Virus record (IMG/VR): IMGVR_UViG_3300032288_005197
Span: 1-64,000 of that record
Length of the DNA stretch: 64,000 bases
Strand: one strand, 5' to 3'
Source: a virus
The translations under genes and the position numbers were made by a program. Positions 39,445 through 49,511 of this stretch are shown here, piece by piece; the stretch's first letter is position 1; each line of letters opens with the position of its first letter. The notes beneath the pieces are model-generated. The model did no database searches, was not told where the DNA came from, and saw only the letters and a program-made list of their open reading frames with translations.

Positions 39445-41070
39445 ATGTCAAAACAACTCGAACAACAAATCAAATCTCTAGATCTAAAGCAGAATGCAAT
39501 AAAGATCTTGATTAATTCATTTTACGGCGCCTTCGGCAATAGATACTTCTATTTTCACAATAATGATATTGCCCAGTCAATCACTTTGCAGGGACAAGAC
39601 CTGATCAAGTTCTCGATCAAAGCGGTCAACCACTATTTCACTCACAAGTGGCATTTGGATACTGAACTTCACGAAAAGCTTGGAATTTCTGGCATGAAGG
39701 TCAATCAAATTGAAAGAGAAGCAGCCGTTTACACTGATACTGATTCGGTTTATCTGTGTTTTGATTTTGCAGTTCAATCGGTTGAAGGCCTGAATTTATC
39801 CGACCGTGAAGCTCTTGAATTTTGCTTGGGAATCAATCGCCATCGATTGAAACACTATTTTGAACAGGCTTTTGAAAAGTACGCATCTCATTTCAACACA
39901 GATAACCGTCAAAACTTTGAGCTTGAAAATCTTTCGCGTGCAGGCATTTGGCTCGCAAAGAAAAAATACGTGCTAAAAGTTTCTTATAAGGACAATAAAC
40001 ATGAGCGTCTTCTAGACAAAGAATCTCTAATCATCAAGGGGCTTGAAGCAATTCAAGCATCATATCCAATTTGGGCACGTAAACATTTACAAGATCTTTA
40101 CTGGGAACTCTTAGATTTGGGATATAGTTTAGATCTTGAAAGAGACCTAATCCCAAGGCTCATGTCTCTCAAAGAAGAGTGCAGTCAACTCACGATTGAT
40201 GAGATAGCCTTCAACTTCTCAGTTAGAGTTTACGAAGATTACGTTAAGAAACTAAATCCTCTTGAACTCGAAACTGGCATGCCAATTTACGGAAGAGCAG
40301 CAGCTTACCATAACCACCTAATTAAAAAGACAAATAATCAAAAGTACAATCTAATTCGTAGCGGTTCAAAGATTAAGTTCTACTATGCTGCTGCTAATGA
40401 ACATAATTTTGATATTTTCGCCTATGCGCCAGGAGCCTTTCCTGAAGAATTCGCAATGCCTATGGATAGAGATCAACAGTTCTTTAGATTAATCGTTGAA
40501 CCTATTAATAAGCTATTAGTAGCAATGGGATATTCTGAGTTGACCCCAAGTCTTGCCCGAAAGGTTGACATAATCAAATCAAGAAGCCGCAGTAAGGAGT
40601 TCACTCCAGAAGAAACATTCCCATTGTACGCAGTCAGCTCAGTCACTCTAGAATACGCTGAGATTCCAGAAAGCTGTCAAGATTTCATCGGTAATCCTGA
40701 TCTGCAGGTTCCTCCAGCAATTTTTCCAATCTATATTTCATCAATTTCAAAATTTGGATTGAATACCGTAATTGTTCCAAAACATGAACTTAAGAAGTAT
40801 CGAGATCGAGTTGCAAAAAAATTAGGAATTGAAGTAGAAGATCCTTTTGCGATTTCAATTGAAACGATGCAAGACTACTTAAGACAAAACGGGTGGACTG
40901 AAATCATTGATAGCCCAAGCGGAGGTTCATGGTTGCAAACTGAAAAGTATGAAAAGGCGCTTAAGAGCGGAAAGGATGTTTACAAAATGGGGTATGATTT
41001 AGAAAAAGCCTACAAGAGTGCAATAAAGCCAAAACCTGTTAAAAAATCCGAAACGGTAGAATCCGAATGA
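39445..41070 (+). CDS. gp43: DNA polymerase family B, C-terminal subunit of a split enzyme
   Basis: KILINSFYGAFG, TLQGQ, YTDTDS, AKKKY, KGLE; no exonuclease domain or DxxSLYP motif. Confidence 0.88.
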   Translation: MSKQLEQQIKSLDLKQNAIKILINSFYGAFGNRYFYFHNNDIAQSITLQGQDLIKFSIKAVNHYFTHKWHLDTELHEKLGISGMKVNQIEREAAVYTDTDSVYLCFDFAVQSVEGLNLSDREALEFCLGINRHRLKHYFEQAFEKYASHFNTDNRQNFELENLSRAGIWLAKKKYVLKVSYKDNKHERLLDKESLIIKGLEAIQASYPIWARKHLQDLYWELLDLGYSLDLERDLIPRLMSLKEECSQLTIDEIAFNFSVRVYEDYVKKLNPLELETGMPIYGRAAAYHNHLIKKTNNQKYNLIRSGSKIKFYYAAANEHNFDIFAYAPGAFPEEFAMPMDRDQQFFRLIVEPINKLLVAMGYSELTPSLARKVDIIKSRSRSKEFTPEETFPLYAVSSVTLEYAEIPESCQDFIGNPDLQVPPAIFPIYISSISKFGLNTVIVPKHELKKYRDRVAKKLGIEVEDPFAISIETMQDYLRQNGWTEIIDSPSGGSWLQTEKYEKALKSGKDVYKMGYDLEKAYKSAIKPKPVKKSETVESE

Positions 41071-41285
41071 TAGTTCAGTTAAATCCAACAATACCATTAA
41101 CTACACCGAAGGGAGAGGGTTATGCTATTGCCGTGATAGACTATGGTGAAGATCATGACCTAAAGTGGGTGGTCATTCAGACCGAAACTGGCGAGATCTG
41201 GACTTGGAATAACGGTGATGTCCGTGGAGTCAAGAACATTACTAACGGGAGAGTTAACATAAGTAAAATTAAGAATGAAGATTGA
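41067..41285 (+). CDS. Hypothetical protein
   Basis: 72 aa ORF overlapping both neighbours; QLNPTIP..TPKGEG. Confidence 0.6.
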   Translation: MIVQLNPTIPLTTPKGEGYAIAVIDYGEDHDLKWVVIQTETGEIWTWNNGDVRGVKNITNGRVNISKIKNED

Positions 41286-42396
41286 GGAAGTAGCGGCCTT
41301 TTTAGAAATTCTCTTACGCAAGAGGTTTCATGATGTACCGGAAAAACAAAAGATTGAAGAGCACAGCTCACGTAAGTTAAATTTTGCGTGTCCAATATGC
41401 GGCGACTCTGAGAAAAAGGTCTCCAAAAAACGTGGTAACCTCTACTTGGATACTGGGGCTTACAAATGCTTCAATGACGGCTGCATGGCCTACTTGCCAA
41501 TAGGTGAGTTCATTGCCCGAATGAGTAAGGAACATGGTATCATGTTGCCGAGCTTCTTATTAGATGGCGATTATCAACCTGTGAAAGTAAAAAGGGTTGA
41601 GAACCAGCTTTTGAGATTCTTAACCTCTGATACAAGCCAACTCGTAACCATCACCGACATCATTAACCGGTTCTCATTAAAGAGGCTAGACCTTGTTCCG
41701 GAAACATCGACCGCATTTCAATACATCAAGTCCAGGGATCTTAACTTAATCGAGGATTTTGGTGATTGCCTCTATACTGATGCAAGCGATAATAAGGTTT
41801 ACATATTTAATTTTGATCGCAAGTCAGGTAGATTATTAGGCTTTGCAATTCGCAGCCTGGACCCTAATTCTGATCGAAAGTATATCATCAAGTCCTACAC
41901 CGATCTCTCTATTATTTTCGCTCAGCGTGGATTGAGCAAGGAATTGGTTGAGGATGCTAACTTCTTGAACAATTACTTTAATATCTTGAACGTTGATTTC
42001 ACCAAGCCGATTCTAATGACTGAAGGCCAGTTCGATTCACTGTTGCTGGAGAATTGTATTGCAACTTCCGGTGCTTCAAAGGCTCGTAGCATTCTTGCAA
42101 ACTTGGGAGCAAAGGGAGCTACTCGAGTGGTGTTTGATCGTGATAAAGCCGGCAAAACCCAAATGATGAATTTCATCAAGCAAGGCTACTCAGTTTTTCT
42201 ATGGAACAAGGCAATCGACTTTCTAAAAAAGAAATACTCTTCAATTGATGAACTAAAAGAGATTCAAAGAATCAAGGACATCAATGATATGTACTCATTC
42301 ATTCATTCCAAGGACTCCGAGTACAGTCCGCGTGATTTTAATCAATGGATCAATAGCTATTTTAGCGAAACCGTGTTTGACATGGCGTACCTATAA
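41275..42396 (+). CDS. gp61: DNA primase (gp61-like)
   Basis: CPICGDS..CFNDGC zinc finger; TOPRIM EGQFDS, FDRDKAG, KDIND. Confidence 0.85.
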   Translation: MKIEEVAAFLEILLRKRFHDVPEKQKIEEHSSRKLNFACPICGDSEKKVSKKRGNLYLDTGAYKCFNDGCMAYLPIGEFIARMSKEHGIMLPSFLLDGDYQPVKVKRVENQLLRFLTSDTSQLVTITDIINRFSLKRLDLVPETSTAFQYIKSRDLNLIEDFGDCLYTDASDNKVYIFNFDRKSGRLLGFAIRSLDPNSDRKYIIKSYTDLSIIFAQRGLSKELVEDANFLNNYFNILNVDFTKPILMTEGQFDSLLLENCIATSGASKARSILANLGAKGATRVVFDRDKAGKTQMMNFIKQGYSVFLWNKAIDFLKKKYSSIDELKEIQRIKDINDMYSFIHSKDSEYSPRDFNQWINSYFSETVFDMAYL

Positions 42397-42404
42397 ATAA
42401 CTAT

Positions 42405-42911
42405 ATGAAACCTAAAGAGCAGAAGAGCATCAAGACCTTCTTAAAACCACGAGCCGGATCAATCAGACAGGGCTATTTTAAACCAGCATTTCCTGAAAAA
42501 TACGTCGGCGATCCAACCCAAATCATATTTAGATCAAGTTGGGAATTCAAGTTTCTTAAGTGGTGTGATCACAGCCCAACCGTAATCAAGTATTCAAGCG
42601 AACCCGTTGGAATTCCCTATTACAGCCCGTTGGACAAAAGGGGCCACACCTATTACATTGATTTTTACGTTGTGACAAAGGATAATGAAGGTCGAGAACA
42701 GGCATGGCTCATTGAGATTAAGCCTGACAAGTACACTAAGCCCCCAACCGCACCTGAGCGAATGACTAATAAACAGACCGCAAACTATGTTTATGCTGCA
42801 AAGCAGTACATTGTTAACCAGGCCAAATTTGAAGCAGCAAAAGAATTTGCATCAGTTAGGGGATTAAAATTCGGAATAATTACCGAAAACTTTCTGTTCA
42901 AATCAATATAA
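42405..42911 (+). CDS. gp4: Head completion nuclease (gp4-like, TnsA fold)
   Basis: PEKYVGD, RSSWE, SSEP, YYIDF, EIKP, NQAKFEAA, ITE. Confidence 0.88.
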   Translation: MKPKEQKSIKTFLKPRAGSIRQGYFKPAFPEKYVGDPTQIIFRSSWEFKFLKWCDHSPTVIKYSSEPVGIPYYSPLDKRGHTYYIDFYVVTKDNEGREQAWLIEIKPDKYTKPPTAPERMTNKQTANYVYAAKQYIVNQAKFEAAKEFASVRGLKFGIITENFLFKSI

Positions 42912-42920
42912 AAGATAGTA

Positions 42921-43553
42921 ATGGCAATACAGCAAATAAAGGACTACATCGAAACCGGCAGGGTCGAGAACTTCGCTCAACCAGGTCCAAATTATCGGTT
43001 CTCTGAGGAATCGATACAAGTACCTTTCCTGATTCCAGGTCATGTCTATACGTTTGTTGCAAAGACCATCAAAGGAAATGATGGATTGCCTAGCCTAGAT
43101 GACTACACAACAGGCCAGAGCAAAGGAACTAAACCTTATGTTGACAATTATCCAATCTTCATTTCATTAGGAAGTAGCGGGCCGATTGAATTTGGTCTGA
43201 ACATCAAAGTAATGCCTCAGCAACTAAGACGAAGATTCATTCAGACCTACTTAAATCGGATTCTACCTGTGCTGTCTAACCTAACTGATGACAAGGGAGA
43301 ATTTATAGAATACCAAAAAAGAATCAGGCAACCAGAAATGAATCCGTTCGGCTCGGTGAATAAGAACTTTGTAATGAGCATCAGCCCGTATTCAGGTATT
43401 AAATTTGAGTTCCTGGTTGATAAATATAACAGAGACGAAATGAGATACTTGAGCTTGATAGATTGGCCGAATGTGCCAAAGGTCGGGGAGATTAACTACT
43501 CTCGTGATGAATCTATTGCGACAAGATCACAAATTTCAGACTTTTTGAAATAA
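42921..43553 (+). CDS. Putative DNA end protector (gp2-like)
   Basis: PGHVYTF..DNYPI..GLNIKVMP..R; lies between gp4 and portal. Confidence 0.5.
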   Translation: MAIQQIKDYIETGRVENFAQPGPNYRFSEESIQVPFLIPGHVYTFVAKTIKGNDGLPSLDDYTTGQSKGTKPYVDNYPIFISLGSSGPIEFGLNIKVMPQQLRRRFIQTYLNRILPVLSNLTDDKGEFIEYQKRIRQPEMNPFGSVNKNFVMSISPYSGIKFEFLVDKYNRDEMRYLSLIDWPNVPKVGEINYSRDESIATRSQISDFLK

Positions 43554-43567
43554 CATAACATAAATAA

Positions 43568-45253
43568 ATGGCAGGATTTTTAGATAGCAATCCAGTAAGA
43601 GGACTTAGATCAGGTTTAACAGCACTCAGCCGATTCGGTATGAAGTACGATGATCTACTCGTTAAGAATTCCCAAGCAATCGGTTACATTGAGGGCCAGC
43701 TAACGGGATTCAACAATTCGTTGGGCGACGACCTAATGAAAGCAACCCTTGCTCTATCGGACACTACGTCTTCACTCAAGAACAAATCAATTGCATTCTT
43801 TCAATTGGACTACGTTCAAAAAAGAGAACGTCTTCGTGATCTTGCATCAAACGGCGAGATTGAATTCATTATTGAAACGATCGCGGACGATGCAATCGTC
43901 TTCGACCAAGATAATCGATTCTGTTATCCAAACGATCTAGTTGGGGAAATCAACTATCGTGGAAAGAACAAGGACGAAAGATTGAACTACCAGCAAAAAA
44001 TCTTGGACAAGTACCAAGAAAATTTCGAAAAGATCTATAACGCATGGGGATTTGATCGAGGTATTTCCGCCTGGCAGTATTTCTATCAATGGTTGATTGA
44101 AGGTCACTTGGCCTTTGAAATCATCTACGATAATTTGACGAATCCTAAGGACATTATTGGTTTCAAGGAGTTGGACCCATCGACACTCTATCCTGAAGTT
44201 AAAAAGGACTCAAGTGGTCGTATTTACCTACAGTGGGCTCAACGCGATCCAGTCAATCGAATGAATCGTACCCTAACTGATTCGCAGATCATCTATATCT
44301 CGTATTCAAATGAATTTAGAACAAAAAGAGTTAGTTTTGTTGAGCGTCTGATTCGTTCGTTTAATCTATTGCGCCTGATCGAGCACTCAAAGGTCATTTG
44401 GCACACAATGAACGCTCCAATTCGTTTGAAGACGACTGTTCCAGTTGGAACCAAGTCAATGCAAAAGGCGAAAGAGGATGTTCGTGAATTCACAAATACT
44501 CTAAAAGAAGACATCACGTTTGACGGCAGCTCAGGAGAATTAATGGTGGACGGTAAGCCCAACATCTTGTTCTACAAGAACTACGTTTTACCAAAGAATG
44601 ATCGTGGCGAAGCAATCGATATTGAGGCGCTCGAGTATCCAGGACCAAACTTATCAGGTTCTGAACTCTTGAAGTACTTCCAAGATAAGTTAAAACTTGA
44701 TTCTAAATTGCCGTATTCTCGTTGGTCCGAGAATCAAGGTTCCTACACAATGAACGCTGAAGGAATCTCAAGGGAGGAAATTCGATACAATAAATTTGTC
44801 AAGCGTTTGCGCTCAGCTTTTAAAGAGCTTGTTACCAAACCTCTTTACTTGCAAATGTGTTTGGACGTGAAGGACCTTAAGTCCGATCACCGATTCGCGA
44901 ATGCGGTTGGTTTAACGTGGCACGATGATAACGTATTTGAGGAAATCAAGACTCAAGAGCTACTTAACAAGCGCCTTGCGACACTTAATGCAATGAAAGC
45001 CGTTGTTAACGATGAAAATAAACCTTACTTCTCAACCGAGTACCTGATCAAGGAATACTTAAAATTGAGTGATGAAGATATTGCCAAGAACAAGAGTTAT
45101 CAAGCTACTTCTGAAGGCGAAGCCGCTGCTGGAGCAGCAGGTGGAGCCGGGTCAGCCGCTGCTCCAGCAGGAGGCGCCGCTGCTACACCAGCTGGAGAAA
45201 CTCCGGCTTCTGGAGAAACTTCATCAGAAGTAGGAACTAAGGGACAATTGTAA
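43568..45253 (+). CDS. gp20: Portal protein (gp20-like)
   Basis: EIEFIIETIADDAIV, WLIEGHL, ELDP, FNLLRLIE, EGISREEIRYNKFVKRLR. Confidence 0.9.
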   Translation: MAGFLDSNPVRGLRSGLTALSRFGMKYDDLLVKNSQAIGYIEGQLTGFNNSLGDDLMKATLALSDTTSSLKNKSIAFFQLDYVQKRERLRDLASNGEIEFIIETIADDAIVFDQDNRFCYPNDLVGEINYRGKNKDERLNYQQKILDKYQENFEKIYNAWGFDRGISAWQYFYQWLIEGHLAFEIIYDNLTNPKDIIGFKELDPSTLYPEVKKDSSGRIYLQWAQRDPVNRMNRTLTDSQIIYISYSNEFRTKRVSFVERLIRSFNLLRLIEHSKVIWHTMNAPIRLKTTVPVGTKSMQKAKEDVREFTNTLKEDITFDGSSGELMVDGKPNILFYKNYVLPKNDRGEAIDIEALEYPGPNLSGSELLKYFQDKLKLDSKLPYSRWSENQGSYTMNAEGISREEIRYNKFVKRLRSAFKELVTKPLYLQMCLDVKDLKSDHRFANAVGLTWHDDNVFEEIKTQELLNKRLATLNAMKAVVNDENKPYFSTEYLIKEYLKLSDEDIAKNKSYQATSEGEAAAGAAGGAGSAAAPAGGAAATPAGETPASGETSSEVGTKGQL

Positions 45254-45271
45254 CCTTTTAATATTTTATAA

Positions 45272-46189
45272 ATGCTAATAAGAAAAGTAACAGTGATAGG
45301 TGGGGCCGGATTCATCGGATCTCACCTAGTCGAACTATTGATAGAGAAAGGCTTCTTTCCAGTCGTCATCGATAATTTTTCAACAGGCAAAAGATCTAAT
45401 TTGCCAAATTCAGGTATTGATGTAATAGATCTCGACATTACTGAGGATCCCCAGAGGATCGCTGAGATGATACATGGATCAGAATGCGTATTCCATTTAG
45501 CCGCATTAACCTCTGTCCAGGAGTCATTAGATCACCCTGACCGATATACTAAAGTTAACGTCGTTGGTACAGCAAATGTTCTTGAAGCCTGTAGAATCGC
45601 AGGAGTAAAAAAGCTCGTGTTTAGTTCGACCAGCGCGATTTACGGAAACACTGCAAAGTTCCCGACAGTTGAGACTCAATCGCCTGATCCAATCTCAGCC
45701 TATGCTCTATCTAAATTAGTCGGTGAAACTTATGCAAGGTATTATGCCGAAACTACTGACGTTACGACCACATGCTTAAGGTATTTCAACGTGTTCGGCG
45801 AAAGAACCAATCCCAGCAGTTCATACCGCTCAGTCATTCCAATCTTTTTAGACCAATTTAAAAACGGAAAACCGTTAACGATCACCAATGACGGCCTTCA
45901 ACAAAGGGATTTTGTCTATGTGAAAGACGTTGCTCTTGCAAACTTAAAGGCAATGAATCACACTCGAAGATTCGATGTTATTAACATCGGCGCCGGTAGA
46001 ACATGGGCAGTCAATCAAATCGCTGACATGATTTCAAAACGTCGAGAAAATATTGGATTTAGGTTGGAACCAAAGATTAGTTTAGCTGATGTAAGTAGAG
46101 CTCAGTCCGTTTTAGATTGGACAGCTTCCACCGATTTAGAAGTGTGGATTAAAGATCAAATAGCGTCGCGAACGCTGACTGGCCGTTAA
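45272..46189 (+). CDS. NAD-dependent NDP-sugar epimerase/dehydratase (GalE-like)
   Basis: GGAGFIGSH, HLAA, SSTSAIYG, YALSK, LRYFNVFG, RDFVYV. Confidence 0.9.
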   Translation: MLIRKVTVIGGAGFIGSHLVELLIEKGFFPVVIDNFSTGKRSNLPNSGIDVIDLDITEDPQRIAEMIHGSECVFHLAALTSVQESLDHPDRYTKVNVVGTANVLEACRIAGVKKLVFSSTSAIYGNTAKFPTVETQSPDPISAYALSKLVGETYARYYAETTDVTTTCLRYFNVFGERTNPSSSYRSVIPIFLDQFKNGKPLTITNDGLQQRDFVYVKDVALANLKAMNHTRRFDVINIGAGRTWAVNQIADMISKRRENIGFRLEPKISLADVSRAQSVLDWTASTDLEVWIKDQIASRTLTGR

Positions 46190-46541
46190 TCTTAATATCA
46201 AGGCCTAGTCCAACTTTGTAAGGATCAGCGATATCGTCAAGTGTGAATACTTTAGCGTCTATATTATAAGGCTTTGATAGCAAAACAAATTCTGATATTT
46301 GAGAATTCGCCTCTGCTTCCATCTCTGATAAATTGGAAAATTCAAACTCGAAAAGGTATTTTTCAGCATTGAATCCAATGTCTTCACCCAAAACTTCACC
46401 TGATCTAGTCAGCAACACCATTCTAACCTGTTGAATAGCGTTTTCCAGTGAATCATTTGATTCAAGGGTATCAGCCGTGTAGTTAGGATCCCCTGGCGAT
46501 CTTAAATATAAATCTTTTCCAATAGGTTGAATAGTTACCAT
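46149..46541 (-). CDS. gp25: Baseplate wedge gp25-like
   Basis: QQVRMVLLTRSGEVLG..G..YLFE. Confidence 0.75.
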   Translation of the reverse strand: MVTIQPIGKDLYLRSPGDPNYTADTLESNDSLENAIQQVRMVLLTRSGEVLGEDIGFNAEKYLFEFEFSNLSEMEAEANSQISEFVLLSKPYNIDAKVFTLDDIADPYKVGLGLDIKINGQSAFATLFDL

Positions 46542-46548
46542 ACGTTAA

Positions 46549-47289
46549 TTACCATCTAGCGAAGAACAAAAAGTCCGCTGTATTTTCTCCCTTCATCATC
46601 TCAATTACCTGGTTAAGCTCATTTTCAGCTTTAGTAACGAGATTCGTGTAGTTGGGCTTTATTCCACCCGGTAAATTATAGTCAAATGTCGTCAATAGAT
46701 CGCCCAATCTTAATTTAGCCTTGGCTCTTACGTATCTTTGAAATAATTCGTCGTTATAGAGATCGTCCGATGGAACTTTTTTTGCAATTTGTAAAACAAC
46801 TGATGAGGTTCTTGGCGTTCTACCCAAAATCATCAGTTTTCGAGTATTCTTATTGTAGTCATAGGCTAGAGTATCGATCGTAAATCCTTTAACTAAATCT
46901 AAAAACGAGAACACTACTGTTCTGTACATAATTGATTCACCAATGAACGGCGTTAAGAATACTTCAGAGCCAATGAATTTATTGTCAGCGAAATCGACGT
47001 CCATTGTTCCAAACATCGAGGTTGTGCCCTTTGCTTCTTTTACTTCATGTACGAATGCAACGCAATCCGGTAATTGAATCGTTCTCTCCTTTTTGAAAAG
47101 CGGGTGGTTGAACACAGCAGAAGGAATCACCATGTATCTTGCCTCAACTGCATGTCTCCAATTGTCATGAAAATATCTTTCAGCATTGGTGATAATACGC
47201 TGTATTTCCTTTTCCGGAATTGAGTAAGGTAGCGCTTTTGCAAATGTCAATTCCTCCTGTATGTCGAGTACTAATTCGTCTAAAGTCAT
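46549..47289 (-). CDS. gp13: Neck protein gp13-like
   Basis: FQRYVRAKAKLRLG..F.YNLPGGI..N. Confidence 0.7.
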   Translation of the reverse strand: MTLDELVLDIQEELTFAKALPYSIPEKEIQRIITNAERYFHDNWRHAVEARYMVIPSAVFNHPLFKKERTIQLPDCVAFVHEVKEAKGTTSMFGTMDVDFADNKFIGSEVFLTPFIGESIMYRTVVFSFLDLVKGFTIDTLAYDYNKNTRKLMILGRTPRTSSVVLQIAKKVPSDDLYNDELFQRYVRAKAKLRLGDLLTTFDYNLPGGIKPNYTNLVTKAENELNQVIEMMKGENTADFLFFARW

Positions 47290-47304
47290 TTGACTTGTGT
47301 ATTT

Positions 47305-47685
47305 TTAGATAGCTTTGCTAGCCTTGTTCTTTTGCTCTATTTGCTGTTGAACCTGCTTGATTCGGCTCAAGATAGAAAGACGTTTGTCATCCGTGTCAGC
47401 ATTCGCTAACTCTTTTCTAAGTTCGCGAGTTGCAGTGATTGCATCCATCTCAGATTGAGTATCCGCTGAACTTTCCTTGATCGGCTCAGTTACCGTTTTT
47501 GTGTAATCCGGTTCAGTCGCCTTTATTCCAGTAGACAGGCTTGCTCGCTTGACCTGATCAATTGATTTCTCCTTTTTTACTGGAGCTGCAGCTTTAACAT
47601 CAAGCGCAGTTTTCGGATCTTCAAGTTTCGGACCCTTTACGAATGAATCGAAGTTTAAAATTTTGTTACTCATAGTATTTGTCAA
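47305..47685 (-). CDS. Putative internal head protein
   Basis: KILNFDSF; late motif at 47692-47699. Confidence 0.55.
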   Translation of the reverse strand: MTNTMSNKILNFDSFVKGPKLEDPKTALDVKAAAPVKKEKSIDQVKRASLSTGIKATEPDYTKTVTEPIKESSADTQSEMDAITATRELRKELANADTDDKRLSILSRIKQVQQQIEQKNKASKAI

Positions 47686-47691
47686 TTTTTA

Positions 47692-47967
47692 TTATTTATC
47701 GCTGCTCTGATCTGGTTCAAATATTCCATCCACGAATTCGTTGAACGTTAGTACCTTTTTGGTCTTTGGGTTGACTCCTATTCCTGGAGTATTGTTCATT
47801 TTCATGTCCCTTCTTGAAATCGGCTGGGTCGCTAACCAATGATTCGGAATTCCACCCATGTGAATATTAATCGGAGTCGGTTGAATATTTGGATCATTAC
47901 TCTGGGTGAAAGCTGCTGCGGGTACTGACCCTGTGCTATTTGCCATATTTTTAGCGTGTTCTTTCAT
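47692..47967 (-). CDS. Hypothetical protein
   Basis: KVLTFNEF near the C-terminus; late motif at 47972-47979. Confidence 0.55.
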   Translation of the reverse strand: MKEHAKNMANSTGSVPAAAFTQSNDPNIQPTPINIHMGGIPNHWLATQPISRRDMKMNNTPGIGVNPKTKKVLTFNEFVDGIFEPDQSSDK

Positions 47968-47996
47968 AGGATTATTTATTCGGGTCTAACCAAAAT

Positions 47997-48019
47997 AAAA
48001 AAGCCCGATTTCTCGGGCT
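47997..48019 (-). terminator. Intrinsic terminator
   Basis: AGCCCGA-TTTC-TCGGGCT with a U-run on the minus strand. Confidence 0.8.
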
Positions 48020-48041
48020 CATTCACTTAATTAATTCTATA

Positions 48042-49487
48042 TTAGTATTCTGGGCTCCAGTTACGATCTCCGCAATTAGAACATCTCATTCTAGGATTCT
48101 CTGCAATCTCTTCGTGTTCTGCACGTTCTCCGCACGTATCACAAGAGTACGCAGTAGATTCATTAACGTTTAAATTTTCAACGGTGACTTTAAAAATCAC
48201 CTTATCCATATTTAATTCCCATGTACCGGTATTTTGCATGCGGGATGCTCCAATATTAACCGGCTTGCTATAAGTCTCGGTTTTACCACCGTTCATGAAA
48301 GTAACCTTTGTTCCGTTTGAGGAAAACGTTCCGTTTTTTGCAGCAGGGCCTAGTTTGTGACTAATCCAACTAGCTAAAGCATGGTCCATCACCGAGTATT
48401 GATTACCTGGACCAGTTGCAGGCTTTCCCTCAGTAACACGTAGGTTTGCAGCAGCTTCCATCATGCACTCTGTCATGTAAGAACCGCATTCATTCAAATA
48501 CGATTCGTAAGTGTGCATTGGATCCTTGTCCTCATCGCACATTTGAGCCTCTTTAATCAAAATTTCTTCGCAAATCGTCTTAACAGCTCTCTTTGCCTCT
48601 TCTGACATTGCTAGATTGTAGCCTTCTTCCATTGGATTCCAACACTCATTCACGAAACTCTGAAAAGACTCAACGACCTTTGTTGATTTGCTTTTTCTTA
48701 GCAATTCAAAATCATTTTTGTCCAACTTACCGTTTTTATTCTTATCAAGTTTCTTTTGACCCTTAGTTAATTTTTCAGAAACAGGTTCAATCATTGGACC
48801 TGGTACAGGCTTACGAAGTTCTTCGTGTCTAACTTTATCTACGAATCTAACTAATCGGCGTTGAATGTTATCTGGAAACTGCCCAGTCTTGTCAACTCGA
48901 CCGTCTGAATATATTACAATTCTTGCAAAAATTCCACGAGCTTCGTGAAACTCTATTGAAATCGACTGTTGATAATCATCAGAACTACCCATTCCGGTCT
49001 TTTTGACCTCAGCTGTAACATCATCTCCGAACATGCTTGCGATTGATTGAGCTTCTCTCTTGATTTCTGGGCTAATATGAGTTTCAAAAGAACGTGCTTG
49101 TTGCAATACTTTATTACGTCTGAATCCCTCTTTTTCTGGATCAAGCTCCTTTTCTTTATCCCAAGCTTTTATGAAAGCACTACGTTTAACCGCATTAGAA
49201 ATCTCGTCAACTTGGCTAGATTCTTCCATGCCAGAAACGATTTCAACCTCAACTGGAATTGAGTACTCGTGATCGCCGTGTTGAGCGATCAACATTCCGT
49301 CACCGTCATAGTCAAATCTCAACTCAACTTCTTGACCGTCGTGTGTTTTTATTAGGATCATGGCATGATCATCACCATGTCCACTTAATGATAATATTTC
49401 TGGATGAATTGATCTTCCCTCGTGTGATTCTGGAATGGGCTCTCCCATCATGAATTTAGGTATTCTCTTGTTACCGAACTTTCCCAT
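48042..49487 (-). CDS. Mosaic late protein with EF-hand-like loop and C-terminal zinc finger
   Basis: LDKNKNGKLDKNDF, VESFQSFVNE, CDTC..CSNC; TATAAATAA at 49508-49516. Confidence 0.65.
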   Translation of the reverse strand: MGKFGNKRIPKFMMGEPIPESHEGRSIHPEILSLSGHGDDHAMILIKTHDGQEVELRFDYDGDGMLIAQHGDHEYSIPVEVEIVSGMEESSQVDEISNAVKRSAFIKAWDKEKELDPEKEGFRRNKVLQQARSFETHISPEIKREAQSIASMFGDDVTAEVKKTGMGSSDDYQQSISIEFHEARGIFARIVIYSDGRVDKTGQFPDNIQRRLVRFVDKVRHEELRKPVPGPMIEPVSEKLTKGQKKLDKNKNGKLDKNDFELLRKSKSTKVVESFQSFVNECWNPMEEGYNLAMSEEAKRAVKTICEEILIKEAQMCDEDKDPMHTYESYLNECGSYMTECMMEAAANLRVTEGKPATGPGNQYSVMDHALASWISHKLGPAAKNGTFSSNGTKVTFMNGGKTETYSKPVNIGASRMQNTGTWELNMDKVIFKVTVENLNVNESTAYSCDTCGERAEHEEIAENPRMRCSNCGDRNWSPEY

Positions 49488-49511
49488 TTAATTATGGATA
49501 TTTTTGGTTAT

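Noticed and set aside
39445-41070. Intron- or intein-interrupted polymerase
   Set aside because: No splice-junction motifs or homing endonuclease; the ORF has its own promoter and a divergent upstream gene
42405-42911. TnsA transposase of a Tn7-like element
   Set aside because: Motifs and position beside the portal identify a gp4 head-completion nuclease; no TnsB or TnsC
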